Positions 9,050 to 18,541 of a stretch of 64,000 bases of DNA are shown in pieces. The notes beneath the pieces were generated by a model that saw only the letters and a list, made by a program, of their open reading frames with translations, searched no databases and was not told where the DNA came from. Where the stretch lies: NCBI GenBank assembly GCA_024275975.1, contig JAJRYC010000038.1, positions 13,955 through 77,954 of the forward strand, in the 5' to 3' direction. The stretch comes from Nitrospirota bacterium (GTDB taxonomy: Bacteria; Nitrospirota; Thermodesulfovibrionia; Thermodesulfovibrionales; UBA6898). Both the position numbers and the translations under genes were made by a program. How positions within the stretch are numbered: the first letter of the stretch is position 1; each line of letters begins with the position of its first letter.

Positions 9050-9511
9050 CTAGGATATATTCTTCAGAGTCATAAGCCTGGCGATATAACTTTCGTTTAC
9101 AGGCTGTCCATCATAAGAAATTTTAATGCCCTTCTGCTTTGCCTCGGCAACAGGAATAATCTTGTAAGCATCCACACCCGATGGCACAACAGTAAAACCT
9201 TTAAGCTCAAGGATGGACGTAAAAAGGTTATACGCGTCATCAACGTTCAGTTTGGAGGGGGCTATTATTGTTATATTTCCCTTCACCCTGTTATCGAAAA
9301 TAAAGTTCTTGCCGGTAATCTCACTTATAAATTTAGTTACTGTAGACAGTTCGACATCCACGAAATTAAAGGTGACCTCTTCGTCTTTTACGGTCTCCGC
9401 AAAGGCTGGTGTGGCGGCAAGGGAGGAAAGAAGAAGGATATATGATAAAACAAGAAACAATAATACAGCAGAAAGATGGAGACTACAGGATAAAACAATA
9501 TTTTTTTTCAC
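9050..9511 (-). CDS. gspD: Secretin GspD, signal peptide + N0 domain portion (ends at an in-frame TAG)
   Basis: Signal peptide followed by the N0 block VTFNFVDVELSTVTKFISEITGKNFIFDNRVKGNITIIAP...AYNLFTSILELKGFTVV. The stop at 9052-9050 is TAG, and the frame continues into 7307-9013. Confidence 0.85.
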   Translation of the reverse strand: MKKNIVLSCSLHLSAVLLFLVLSYILLLSSLAATPAFAETVKDEEVTFNFVDVELSTVTKFISEITGKNFIFDNRVKGNITIIAPSKLNVDDAYNLFTSILELKGFTVVPSGVDAYKIIPVAEAKQKGIKISYDGQPVNESYIARLMTLKNIS

Positions 9512-9586
9512 TTTGTATTGCCCTCGCTTTTCAATAATTTATATACAAGCTGCCGCCGGTTGGTCCAGGGACCGGCATAGGATATT

Positions 9587-10462
9587 TTATTTTATCTGGT
9601 ACGTCATTGTCATCTTCGCGCCATTTCTGATAATGTTCATCCTGACCCGCTCCATACCCCTCAGGGCGGTGAAAGCCTGGAGCGCGTATTCGGGGTTGGA
9701 GATATCAAACTCATTAATCTTCAAAAGAACATCACCGTTCCTGAGGCCGAGACTGTCGTATATCCCCCCTTTTTTGACTTCACGCATAGTATATCCCTGC
9801 TGCCTGCCGTCAACAATATTCGGCAGAAGGCGGGCATCGGTCATCAGGTCCCTCGGATTTTCTATGGCCTGCTGGATCCTTCTCTGATCTATGGAGTAAG
9901 TGGTGGCGTTAATCTTTCTTGTAAATCCAGAGTAGGAACCACGGGACTTGTTTCTCCGGGTCTCCCTTGCAGAGACTATCTCTCTCAGAGGGAGCTCCGT
10001 TATGTTTTCACCTTTTTCTATAACAACCCTGTCTTTTTCGACTTTCCTGAGGATGCCGAGGTTAAAGACGGAATCACCAACCCTGAAAATCTCCTGCTTG
10101 CCCATCTTGGCCATAAAGATAGCATAACTGTCTCTTTCCCGCCCCGCAACAGTGCCGATAAGTATTATGTCACTATCAGACAGCGCGGGCGGTTGATTCG
10201 ATAAAGACCTTAGGTTACCCCCGGGGAATCCAAAGGGATTGTTCTCCAGTATTGATGCGTAAATCTGGAGATTATGATTCGGAAGACTTTCACTCTTTAT
10301 GTCATTAATAACGGCCTTTTTTTCAGGACTGAAAGAAAACGAGACGACATCTCTGATTAAAAAGAGTGTTGCGATGATAAGCAATGCTCCTATTAACGGG
10401 TTAATCAGGGCTACAAGCTTCCGGTTGTTAACAAGAAGATTGTTTAAATTCTGTATTTTCAT
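9587..10462 (-). CDS. gspC: T2SS protein GspC (N-terminal TM, C-terminal PDZ)
   Basis: TM helix LVALINPLIGALLIIATLFLI. PDZ-like C-terminus GIYDSLGLRNGDVLLKINEFDISNPEYALQAF. First gene of the operon. Confidence 0.7.
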   Translation of the reverse strand: MKIQNLNNLLVNNRKLVALINPLIGALLIIATLFLIRDVVSFSFSPEKKAVINDIKSESLPNHNLQIYASILENNPFGFPGGNLRSLSNQPPALSDSDIILIGTVAGRERDSYAIFMAKMGKQEIFRVGDSVFNLGILRKVEKDRVVIEKGENITELPLREIVSARETRRNKSRGSYSGFTRKINATTYSIDQRRIQQAIENPRDLMTDARLLPNIVDGRQQGYTMREVKKGGIYDSLGLRNGDVLLKINEFDISNPEYALQAFTALRGMERVRMNIIRNGAKMTMTYQIK

Positions 10463-10734
10463 TGATAAATTAAGGATAGCAAAAGGAGTTTACCGATGTC
10501 AAAGGATATGCACTGTCGTCGGCTTCCTGAAAAATTGAATAAAACATACGATATTTCTGTTATTATATTCCTATTTTTTTACAGGCTGTTAAACCTGATA
10601 TCAATATGGATAAGCTGAACAACCGTGCGGGGGAAGGGAACGTGGGAATGACCGTGATTAATCTGGTGATAACATATACAAAAACGAAGAGCCAAACATA
10701 CAAGAATTTCAAATATATACAAAGGAGCAAGACA

Positions 10735-11067
10735 ATGAAGAAATATTTTTCAACAGTCTGCCTGATTCTGCTGTTGGGAGGCTGCGTAACAACAAATGGT
10801 CTGAATATTATATCCCCGACATTACCGGAAGATGAAATCGAGGAACATGTAGAGAGAATACTTAGACAGCAATCTCAAGCCGTGCCTCAAGCCGTGCAGG
10901 AAGAGAAGCCGGCAGAGGTCGTAAGAACACCATCCGCCGGGATTTCAGTCCCGGAAAACCCCCAGCCGCATAATTGCGAAACCAGGGATGCCTTGATCAA
11001 TCTACTGATAAAAAAGGGGATTATAACCAGAAAAGAATTGCTTGATGAAGTGCGGAACCTGAAATAA
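10735..11067 (+). CDS. Small lipoprotein, unknown function
   Basis: An internal ATG at 10735 is preceded by AAAGGAG. It gives MKKYFSTVCLILLLGGC, a lipobox with Cys. The track ORF starts at 10606. Confidence 0.45.
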   Translation: MKKYFSTVCLILLLGGCVTTNGLNIISPTLPEDEIEEHVERILRQQSQAVPQAVQEEKPAEVVRTPSAGISVPENPQPHNCETRDALINLLIKKGIITRKELLDEVRNLK

Positions 11068-11430
11068 TTGGAGAAAAATAATTTCAGATCGGGAGAAAGT
11101 TCGAAATAACTGCTTTTCATCTATTTTACGGCGGGGTATTTTCTCTTGACATATTAGCCGAAAGTATATGATCATATCGAAATTTCTTAGTTGATAGTTT
11201 CAGGGTATCTAATAATAAATAAGGTATATCACCGGAGGATTTCCGGGAAACCTCCAAACATGGAATTCCTGGGATGAGATGAAGTATAACGTTGCGATTA
11301 ATAGGTATAAAACTATGTGGAACCGGCAGGGTGACTATATATATAAGGAGGTGACAGGAGGCAGGACATCTGATGATTATTTCTTTTTTGTTAACATATT
11401 ATCAATTAAAGGATGGGAGGATGAGAAAGG

Positions 11431-13119
11431 ATGAATTTTTTGAAGAGCAATAGAAGAAGCCGCATAACATTAATTTTACTATCGTTGTTATTGGTGGTGA
11501 TACCATTATATCTGTATAGCTGCGGCGGTAGTGTCGGCGGCGGATATGACACGTGCGTGGATCCGAAAATCAACGTCCTGGTCGACGCTGACACGCTGAA
11601 TGGCTGGATAACAAACGGATATGGCAGCGATGACAGCAACTGCAACAGGATAGTCGTACTGCATGTCGGCGATGATGCAAGCTATAGCGCAGGGCATGTC
11701 CCCGGAGCCTATCAGCTTACTGATTCTGATTATGCAGCTACCAGGTCTGACGGAGTTAGTGAAACTAATGGAATGGTCGCCACAAAGGCCCAGATGGATG
11801 ATCTCATCCAGAGGACAGGCATAGACGCAAGAACCGTTGTTGTTCTTACCGGACGGTATGCCAGTAGTGCTATGAATATTTACAAACTGACAAGGTCATA
11901 TTTTAACTTCCGTTACTGGGGATTCCCGAGGAACAGGATAAGAGTGCTTGACGGTTTTGTTGACACAACTTGGGCTAATGCAGGTTATGCCGTAGATACC
12001 ACTCCTACCCCGGCCTCGGAGGCCTCCGACTACAGTGTCTGCAGCCTGACACCGGACCCCGACAGATTCAGGGCGCCATTGGAAGAGATGAGGAATATTG
12101 CCATGGATGACGATGTCGCGACTGTTGTTATTGATACGAGGCGCGATGATGAATACAACGCTACTATTAATACTACAGGTGGACCTACATTTTCTGGCTT
12201 TGTTGCATTTGAAGGACATGCAAGGACCGCAGTCCACCAGGAATGGATAAACCTGTTAGATACAGAAATGAGACTCCTTCCGAAGAATGACCTGACATCA
12301 ATATTCACCGGCATAAATGTAGACGAGACCACAACCGCATATCCCTACTGCCGCACAAGTTTCAGGGCGGCTGTCACATTCCTGGCGCTTGACGGCGTCC
12401 TCAACTACCCGGTAAAAATCTATGACGGAGGATGGCTTGAGTGGGGCCAGATGACTTCCACGGCATTGCTGGGCGGTCTAGCAGATACCTCTCCATGGAG
12501 GACTGATTTCATTCCTCTGGGAGACGGAGAGATAATCGACAATAATTCAGACGGAGTGCTGGCCAATGGCTATGAAGATACTTTCGAGGGTGCTTCGTCT
12601 AATACTGGCGGTGCAGACTGTACTGATCTTTATGGTACTGATTTCAGATATGATGGCACTGCGGATGGTGGTTTGGCAACATGGACGCCACAGACATTAT
12701 CAGCCGGTACTTATAATGTGTCCGTATGGCATGTAGCTAAATCCAGTTACTCCACAAACGCGGCATATACCGTAAATCACAATGGTGCTGCCGATAATGT
12801 AACCGTGGATTTAACAGCAAACGGCTGTCAATGGTACAGCATCGGTACATATGACTTTGTGGCTGATGGTGTAACAGTAGAAAATATTACATTGAGTGAT
12901 TCCGGCGCCAGCACCGGTTTTGTAGTTGCCGATGCCGTCAAATTCACTCCCGTAATGCAGTTGACCGAGTCAATCACACATAATACCAATGTTGAGCCAC
13001 TCACCGGTGCTAATTCTTTTGCCTTTCACGCTGACGGCGTGAATACTGAAGATGCCGCGATATGCACATCTGGCGACACAGGTGGCGGCGGCGGTGGTGG
13101 TGCAGCACCAGGATATTAA
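11431..13119 (+). CDS. Exported lipoprotein with rhodanese-like (sulfurtransferase) domains and a C-terminal beta-rich domain
   Basis: Lipobox LYLYSCGG. Rhodanese-type blocks include VVLHVGDDASYSAGHVPGA and a loop Cys, YPYCRTSFRAAVTFLAL. The C-terminal segment (GTYNVSVWHVAKSSYSTNAAYTVNHNG...VADAVKF) resembles golvesin-C-like / amidase-associated domains from memory. Gly-rich tail. Confidence 0.6.
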   Translation: MNFLKSNRRSRITLILLSLLLVVIPLYLYSCGGSVGGGYDTCVDPKINVLVDADTLNGWITNGYGSDDSNCNRIVVLHVGDDASYSAGHVPGAYQLTDSDYAATRSDGVSETNGMVATKAQMDDLIQRTGIDARTVVVLTGRYASSAMNIYKLTRSYFNFRYWGFPRNRIRVLDGFVDTTWANAGYAVDTTPTPASEASDYSVCSLTPDPDRFRAPLEEMRNIAMDDDVATVVIDTRRDDEYNATINTTGGPTFSGFVAFEGHARTAVHQEWINLLDTEMRLLPKNDLTSIFTGINVDETTTAYPYCRTSFRAAVTFLALDGVLNYPVKIYDGGWLEWGQMTSTALLGGLADTSPWRTDFIPLGDGEIIDNNSDGVLANGYEDTFEGASSNTGGADCTDLYGTDFRYDGTADGGLATWTPQTLSAGTYNVSVWHVAKSSYSTNAAYTVNHNGAADNVTVDLTANGCQWYSIGTYDFVADGVTVENITLSDSGASTGFVVADAVKFTPVMQLTESITHNTNVEPLTGANSFAFHADGVNTEDAAICTSGDTGGGGGGGAAPGY

Positions 13120-13131
13120 AAGAATTTAACG

Positions 13132-13434
13132 GTGAGACACGGACTGTTCATCATATTTTTATCTGTCCCATTGATGCTGCTCCTCACCGCAACGGGACCT
13201 CAGGCGAAAGAGATTATAGCCATGGGTCCGGACAGCGGCGACAAGCGGATACAATGGGATGCTAACAAGGATTATGAACAATCCGGTGAAGATTCCGATG
13301 ATAATAGCACGGGGGAGACCCGGCCTTCAAAAGAAGACTGCGGCAGCGGGACTCGGGACGAGTCTCCCCAGGGCTGTTCAGGCGTTCCGGAAAATACAAA
13401 ACCTGAATATGATCTGTCGGATTGCTGCTGTTAG
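13132..13434 (+). CDS. Small secreted acidic protein ending in -DCCC
   Basis: GTG start and a signal-peptide-like N-terminus (RHGLFIIFLSVPLMLLLTATGPQA). Acidic, low-complexity body with C-terminal CCC. No clear SD. Ends at TAG. Confidence 0.35.
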   Translation: MRHGLFIIFLSVPLMLLLTATGPQAKEIIAMGPDSGDKRIQWDANKDYEQSGEDSDDNSTGETRPSKEDCGSGTRDESPQGCSGVPENTKPEYDLSDCCC

Positions 13435-13501
13435 ATTCACAAATGATTTACAGGGAAATATATTATAAATTGAGAAAACTGTTAAGGATGAGGAGGTATT
13501 C

Positions 13502-14152
13502 ATGAGATTCGGAATGAAAAAATGGGGCCTGACGGCTTTAATATTTGCGATGACGTTCGGATTTGGCATACAATCAGTCCAAGCCGGTCCTATGATAAAG
13601 ATAAGTGACCAGTCATGGCTCCTGATTAACTATAGTAGTCAACTTTACGGTGTATGGCGTGACACAGGTTCAGGACCTGACGCCACTGACGACTCCAGCG
13701 ACATCTTCTTCAGGAGAAACAGGCTGACCTTTTTCGGAAAGGCGACAAAGACGCTGAAGTTCAACCTTCAGATCGAACACAAAGGCACCAGGATGATCCA
13801 AAACCTCGGAGTTGATTCTTCACCGGGAGGAGGCCTTGATATCCTTGATGCCTTTTTAATGGCGAAGTATTCCAATGCCTTCAGGCTGAGGCTCGGACTT
13901 ACAAAAGACCCTCTGACCAGGGAAAATAACGAAGGATGTTTCGATCCGCTGACTCTCGACCGGTCGCTGTTCATATACACGCCGTTTCAGGTGTCCCGTG
14001 ACACAGGCTTGGTGGTATGGGGAAATCTGCTCAAAAACAGATTACAGTACAGGGCGAGTATAATGGAAGGCAGGGAGAGCGCCGACACACCCAAGAGCAG
14101 TCTCCGTTATACGGGAAGGGTCCATGTTACGCTGCTTAACCCTGAGTCTTAG
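13502..14152 (+). CDS. Outer-membrane beta-barrel porin (porin O/P-like), N-terminal part ending at an in-frame TAG
   Basis: GAGGAGG RBS, signal peptide MRFGMKKWGLTALIFAMTFGFGIQSVQA, and alternating beta-strand pattern. The frame continues into 14189-14692. Confidence 0.6.
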   Translation: MRFGMKKWGLTALIFAMTFGFGIQSVQAGPMIKISDQSWLLINYSSQLYGVWRDTGSGPDATDDSSDIFFRRNRLTFFGKATKTLKFNLQIEHKGTRMIQNLGVDSSPGGGLDILDAFLMAKYSNAFRLRLGLTKDPLTRENNEGCFDPLTLDRSLFIYTPFQVSRDTGLVVWGNLLKNRLQYRASIMEGRESADTPKSSLRYTGRVHVTLLNPES

Positions 14153-14188
14153 ATCATCTACAGGGGAACTTATCTCGGAAAGAAAAAA

Positions 14189-14692
14189 GTGCTTACACTG
14201 GGCGGTGGCTATCAGTTTGAGCCTGACGTAGCCTATGCGAGCCTTTCAACTCAAGATTTACCCGTGGACAACACAACATGGACAGTTGACGCGTTCTTCG
14301 AGTACCCCACCCCGGCCGGAACATTCACTGTCTCGGGCGCTTATCTTGATGTTGATTTCGATGACGCTTATAAAGGTCCTGATCCTGACCCGGCTGTTTT
14401 TAATGTCCTTGGTGAGAGGAACGGATGGTACGCAAAGGCAGGTTATCTCTTTCCTTCAAAGATCGGTATAGGAAAACTTCAGCTATTCGGTCGTTATGAA
14501 TACTGGAAATTCGCCGAACTTAATGGGATCGGCGACCAGACGATTAAATGGACTGGCCTCGGCATTAACTATCTCATCAACAACCAGAAGTTAAGACTGA
14601 CGGTTGAATACGCCAAGACCGATTATGAAACAGAAGACGCCACGAACAAGGATTTTGATACAGTGACAACGATGGTGCAGTTTATGTTCTAG
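14189..14692 (+). CDS. Outer-membrane beta-barrel porin, C-terminal part (same frame as 13502-14152)
   Basis: The frame is open from 14153. Beta-strand pattern, with a C-terminal beta-signal ending in Phe (TTMVQFMF). It has no signal peptide of its own. Confidence 0.6.
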   Translation: MLTLGGGYQFEPDVAYASLSTQDLPVDNTTWTVDAFFEYPTPAGTFTVSGAYLDVDFDDAYKGPDPDPAVFNVLGERNGWYAKAGYLFPSKIGIGKLQLFGRYEYWKFAELNGIGDQTIKWTGLGINYLINNQKLRLTVEYAKTDYETEDATNKDFDTVTTMVQFMF

Positions 14693-14723
14693 GCCCCAAA
14701 AGCCCGGAGCGATTTTATTCACA

Positions 14724-14760
14724 GGGAAAAGCAGCCTGCCTGCTTTTCCCTTTTTTTATT
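14724..14760 (+). terminator. Rho-independent terminator after the porin gene
   Basis: GGGAAAAGCAG-cctgc-CTGCTTTTCCC (11-bp stem) followed by TTTTTTTATTT. Confidence 0.7.
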
Positions 14761-14823
14761 TATGGCACTGCGGATAACAGCGGAATTCAGCAGCTGGCAT
14801 AAGCGAGTCCGCTGGTTAGGACT

Positions 14824-15014
14824 TTACTTTATTGGTTTTATTCCAATGTCTTTGCAAATCTTTCTTACAATATTATCGTTGATTTCTGAATGCCTTGGAA
14901 TTGATGAGCGTTTGTTTTGACCTGGATTCCACCACCATGAATGACGAGACCGCCCTCTCTGATAAATTCACATCCCTGCGACCGTAGATACTTCAGCAGG
15001 TCATTACGCTTCAT
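14824..15014 (-). pseudogene. hicA: hicA-like toxin, single-base frameshift
   Basis: Frame 1 reads MKRNDLLKYLRSQGCEFIREGG. A second frame reads SRHSWWWNPGQNKRSSIPRHSEINDNIVRKICKDIGIKPIK*. The span is 191 nt, which is not a multiple of 3. The break lies near 14946-14952. Confidence 0.7.
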
Positions 15015-15223
15015 ATCGCAATTTTTTCTTCTACGTATTCCGATCCCCCGGCAGCAATCGCATCTTGACGATTGAATTCCAAAGCCTCTTTCAGTGTAAC
15101 GCGCAGGCTTTCCATTAACTCTTCACGAGTATGTTCCTGGCAGTTCACACCAGGAATTTCCTCTATCCATCCTATCCACCAATCACCTTCCTGCTTTACT
15201 ATGGCAGTATATTCCGTGTTCAT
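15011..15223 (-). CDS. hicB: HicB-family antitoxin (UPF0150-like)
   Basis: 70 aa, MNTEYTAIVKQEGDWWIGWIEEIPGVNCQEHTREELMESLRVTLKEALEF. Its stop overlaps the hicA ATG (ATGA). Confidence 0.75.
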   Translation of the reverse strand: MNTEYTAIVKQEGDWWIGWIEEIPGVNCQEHTREELMESLRVTLKEALEFNRQDAIAAGGSEYVEEKIAI

Positions 15224-15663
15224 ACACTTACTCCTTTTAGATCGTTATATTTATTTTATGTTACCAAATAATATACCCATCCCGCTATCAATTTTATTTC
15301 CATAACAATTTCAATATGTTCTGGATACCCGAAGACCCCCGATCGGAGTCGAGGGCAGGCTTCGGGCATGACAAAAACAAAAAATGGCGATTTATAAACA
15401 GACTCTAATTAGCAATGAGTAATAGTTTTTGCCACTGCATGTATCCGCGGAATTATATCTGTGGTGAAGGAGAATGTACGCTCTTATAACTTTATAGTGG
15501 CAAAAAACCACTGTCTGCTGATATAACAGAAAAGGATAATTATCTCACCATCCCTCTATTTGCGGGAATCTCCAACTTGAAAAATTCAACCTTTTAAAGC
15601 AGTTCTATTGCTATACTTAATGTTTTACCTTCACTTATATCAGCGCATTTAATAATTTCTTTT

Positions 15664-16560
15664 TTAGTTCAGAGTTGCCCGCTCTCTCTTTATGGCATCC
15701 GCGACCCTCGCGACTTTCGCCATCTCTTTAACGTCATGGACACGGACGATGTCCGCGCCTTTTATTATCGAAATCGCCACTGCTGCCGCCGTGCCTTCGA
15801 TCATCTCGCCCGCAGGGGCGCCATCGAGTATGTTTCCGATGAAGGCCTTTCTTGAAGGACCTATGAGCACCGGCTTTTCGAGCATGGTGAATTCATTGAG
15901 GTTATTTATTATCTGAAGGTTATGATCAAACGTCTTTCCGAACCATATTCCGGGATCGATTATAATCATATCATCGGGGATACCGAATTTTTTCGCCAGC
16001 CGGATGCCGGCCCTGAAATAATCCATTATCTCCGGGATGAGGGCCTCGTATTCAGGATTATCCTGCATATTCCTTGGCACACCTTTCATATGCATCATCA
16101 CGACAGGGACCTTATATTCCGAGACGACCATCGGCATTCCGGGGTCGAATCTCATTCCGCTTATGTCATTGACTATCGAGGCACCCGCCTCAATCGCCTG
16201 TTTTGCGACCTCGGCCTTACAGGTATCTATAGAAACCGGTATATCAACTTTCCCTGAAAGCGCTTCGATTACCGGCACTACGCGATCCAGCTCTTCGTCA
16301 ACAGAGACCGGCTCGGAACCTGGCCTTGAGGACTCGCCTCCGATATCAATTATGTCAGCGCCGTCATCAACCATCCTGAGGGCACGATCTACCGCCATTG
16401 ATTTATCGAAATACAGCCCATTCTCAGAAAAGGAATCCGGCGTTACGTTCAGGATTCCCATTATACAGGTCTTTTCAGAAAAGTCTAATGAATAGTTTTT
16501 CCAGGCAAGTCTCAAGTAGCGGGCCTCAAGCCTCGGCGACCCCCTGTAGATCAGCCTCAT
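15664..16560 (-). CDS. folP: Dihydropteroate synthase
   Basis: Pterin-binding blocks [36 protein letters not shown]. Located downstream of ftsH, as is common. Confidence 0.9.
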   Translation of the reverse strand: MRLIYRGSPRLEARYLRLAWKNYSLDFSEKTCIMGILNVTPDSFSENGLYFDKSMAVDRALRMVDDGADIIDIGGESSRPGSEPVSVDEELDRVVPVIEALSGKVDIPVSIDTCKAEVAKQAIEAGASIVNDISGMRFDPGMPMVVSEYKVPVVMMHMKGVPRNMQDNPEYEALIPEIMDYFRAGIRLAKKFGIPDDMIIIDPGIWFGKTFDHNLQIINNLNEFTMLEKPVLIGPSRKAFIGNILDGAPAGEMIEGTAAAVAISIIKGADIVRVHDVKEMAKVARVADAIKRERATLN

Positions 16561-18334
16561 GAATAAGCTGGTCTACCTCCTTCCCGTCCATCGTCTCCTT
16601 TTCAAGGAGTCTCTTCGCAAAGGAATCAAGCAGCGTCTGTTTATCCATAAGAAGGGCCTTCGCGGCCTTATAGGCGTCTAATACGATACGTTTGACCTCT
16701 TCATCAATCTCCGCGGCGGTCTTTTCACTATAGTCCTTGTGCTGTGATATCTCCCGACCGAGGAATATCTGCTCTTCTTTTTTACCAAAAGTGACAGGAC
16801 CAAGCTTATCGCTCATCCCCCATTCCGTTACCATCTTTCTAGCTACGTCGGTGGCGCGTTCAAGGTCGTTGCCGGCGCCTGTCGTCATATGCTTCAGTGC
16901 TATCTCTTCGGCGGCCCTGCCGCCCATGAGAACCTGCAGAGTCTTTATCAGGTATTCCCTTGAATAGGTATATCTTTCATCTATCGGAAGCTGCTGTGTT
17001 ATCCCAAGCGCCCTGCCTCTCGGTATTATACTCACCTTGTGGATAGGGTCCGTGCCGGGTGTAAGCCTTGCGACCAGTGAATGTCCAGCCTCGTGGTACG
17101 CGGTATTCCTATTCTCTTCATCACTTATGATCATGCTCTTTCGCTCCACACCCATCAGAACCTTGTCTTTCGCGGCCTCGAAATCAGAACTCTCCACCTT
17201 GGTCTTTGCGCTTCTGGCCGCGATAAGCGCGGCTTCGTTTATCAGGTTAGCAAGGTCCGCACCGGTAAATCCGGGCGTTCCCCTGGCAATTTTCTCCATG
17301 TCCATATTCTCGTCTATGGGTATGTTTCTTGTATGTACTTTCAGTATCGCGAGTCGCCCCTTGACATCAGGCTGAGGCACCACCACCTGCCTGTCGAACC
17401 TCCCCGGCCTCAACAGGGCGGGGTCGAGCACATCAGGCCTGTTAGTCGCGGCAATGATTATTCTGCCCTCATTGCCTTCAAAGCCGTCCATTTCAACCAA
17501 TAGCTGGTTAAGTGTCTGTTCGCGCTCGTCATGACCTCCTCCGAGTCCGGCCCCTCTGTGTCTTCCGACAGCATCAATCTCGTCGATAAAAATTATACAT
17601 GGCGCGTTCTTCCTGGCCTGTTCAAACAGGTCTCTGACCCTCGATGCGCCGACACCCACAAACATCTCGACAAAATCCGATCCGCTTATGCTGAAAAAAG
17701 GCACACCTGCCTCGCCCGCGATCGCCTTGGCAAGCAGTGTCTTGCCCGTACCGGGCGCGCCGACGATAAGAACTCCCTTTGGTATCCTGCCGCCCAGTTT
17801 CTGGAATTTCTGAGGGTCCTTGAGAAAGTCTATTATCTCCTCCAGCTCCGCCTTCGCCTCTTCTATGCCCGCGACGTCCGCAAAGGTTATTTTTACGGAC
17901 TTTTCAGGAACAAGCCTCGCCCTGGATTTTCCGAAAGACATCGCTTTGTTTCCCCCGCTCTGCATCTGGCGCATGAAAAATATCCAGATTACGGCGATGA
18001 AGATTATAGGTCCCCATGTAAAAAAGAGGTTAATGTACCACGGGTTCTGGTCGGGTGGCTTCACGGTAATTTTTACGTTCTCCGCACGCATTTTCTCGAC
18101 GAGCTCGGGATATTCAGGGGAATACGACCTGAACTTTGTCCCGTCCTTCAAACGGCCTGTAATGGCATTCTCCTTTATCGTAACCTCATCGACATCCCCG
18201 GCATCAAGCATCGTCATAAACTCGGAAAAGATCAGCTCTTCCTGGATCTTTTTCGGAGCGTTTAAAAGATTAATCAGCAGGAGTATCAGTAAAGCAATCA
18301 GCACCCAGATAAATAGATTTTTATATGCAGTCAA
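16526..18334 (-). CDS. ftsH: ATP-dependent zinc metalloprotease FtsH
   Basis: Two N-terminal TMs, Walker [14 protein letters not shown], an SRH region, and the HEAGH zinc motif. Confidence 0.97.
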   Translation of the reverse strand: MTAYKNLFIWVLIALLILLLINLLNAPKKIQEELIFSEFMTMLDAGDVDEVTIKENAITGRLKDGTKFRSYSPEYPELVEKMRAENVKITVKPPDQNPWYINLFFTWGPIIFIAVIWIFFMRQMQSGGNKAMSFGKSRARLVPEKSVKITFADVAGIEEAKAELEEIIDFLKDPQKFQKLGGRIPKGVLIVGAPGTGKTLLAKAIAGEAGVPFFSISGSDFVEMFVGVGASRVRDLFEQARKNAPCIIFIDEIDAVGRHRGAGLGGGHDEREQTLNQLLVEMDGFEGNEGRIIIAATNRPDVLDPALLRPGRFDRQVVVPQPDVKGRLAILKVHTRNIPIDENMDMEKIARGTPGFTGADLANLINEAALIAARSAKTKVESSDFEAAKDKVLMGVERKSMIISDEENRNTAYHEAGHSLVARLTPGTDPIHKVSIIPRGRALGITQQLPIDERYTYSREYLIKTLQVLMGGRAAEEIALKHMTTGAGNDLERATDVARKMVTEWGMSDKLGPVTFGKKEEQIFLGREISQHKDYSEKTAAEIDEEVKRIVLDAYKAAKALLMDKQTLLDSFAKRLLEKETMDGKEVDQLIHEADLQGVAEA

Positions 18335-18541
18335 TATTTTCCTCCATAAATTTTATATATTTTAACACACGGAAAACATTATTTTCAGCTATTGGAGAAC
18401 AGTATTGAAATATCCCGGCTGTCATTTCGAATAAAGCGGGAAATCTTTAAAATGACACAACCATGGAATATTGATATACGGATTCTCTCCAGCGATCGGA
18501 AATGTCCGCCGCCTGATCCCGTCCGCTGCCTGAAATACGGT

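Noticed and set aside
17531-18265. 244-aa plus-strand ORF (and 17820-18365, 181 aa) overlapping ftsH
   Set aside because: Lies entirely antisense to a strongly conserved ftsH. It has an Arg/Leu/Ser-rich shadow-frame composition, no RBS and no motif. This is a typical mirror ORF.
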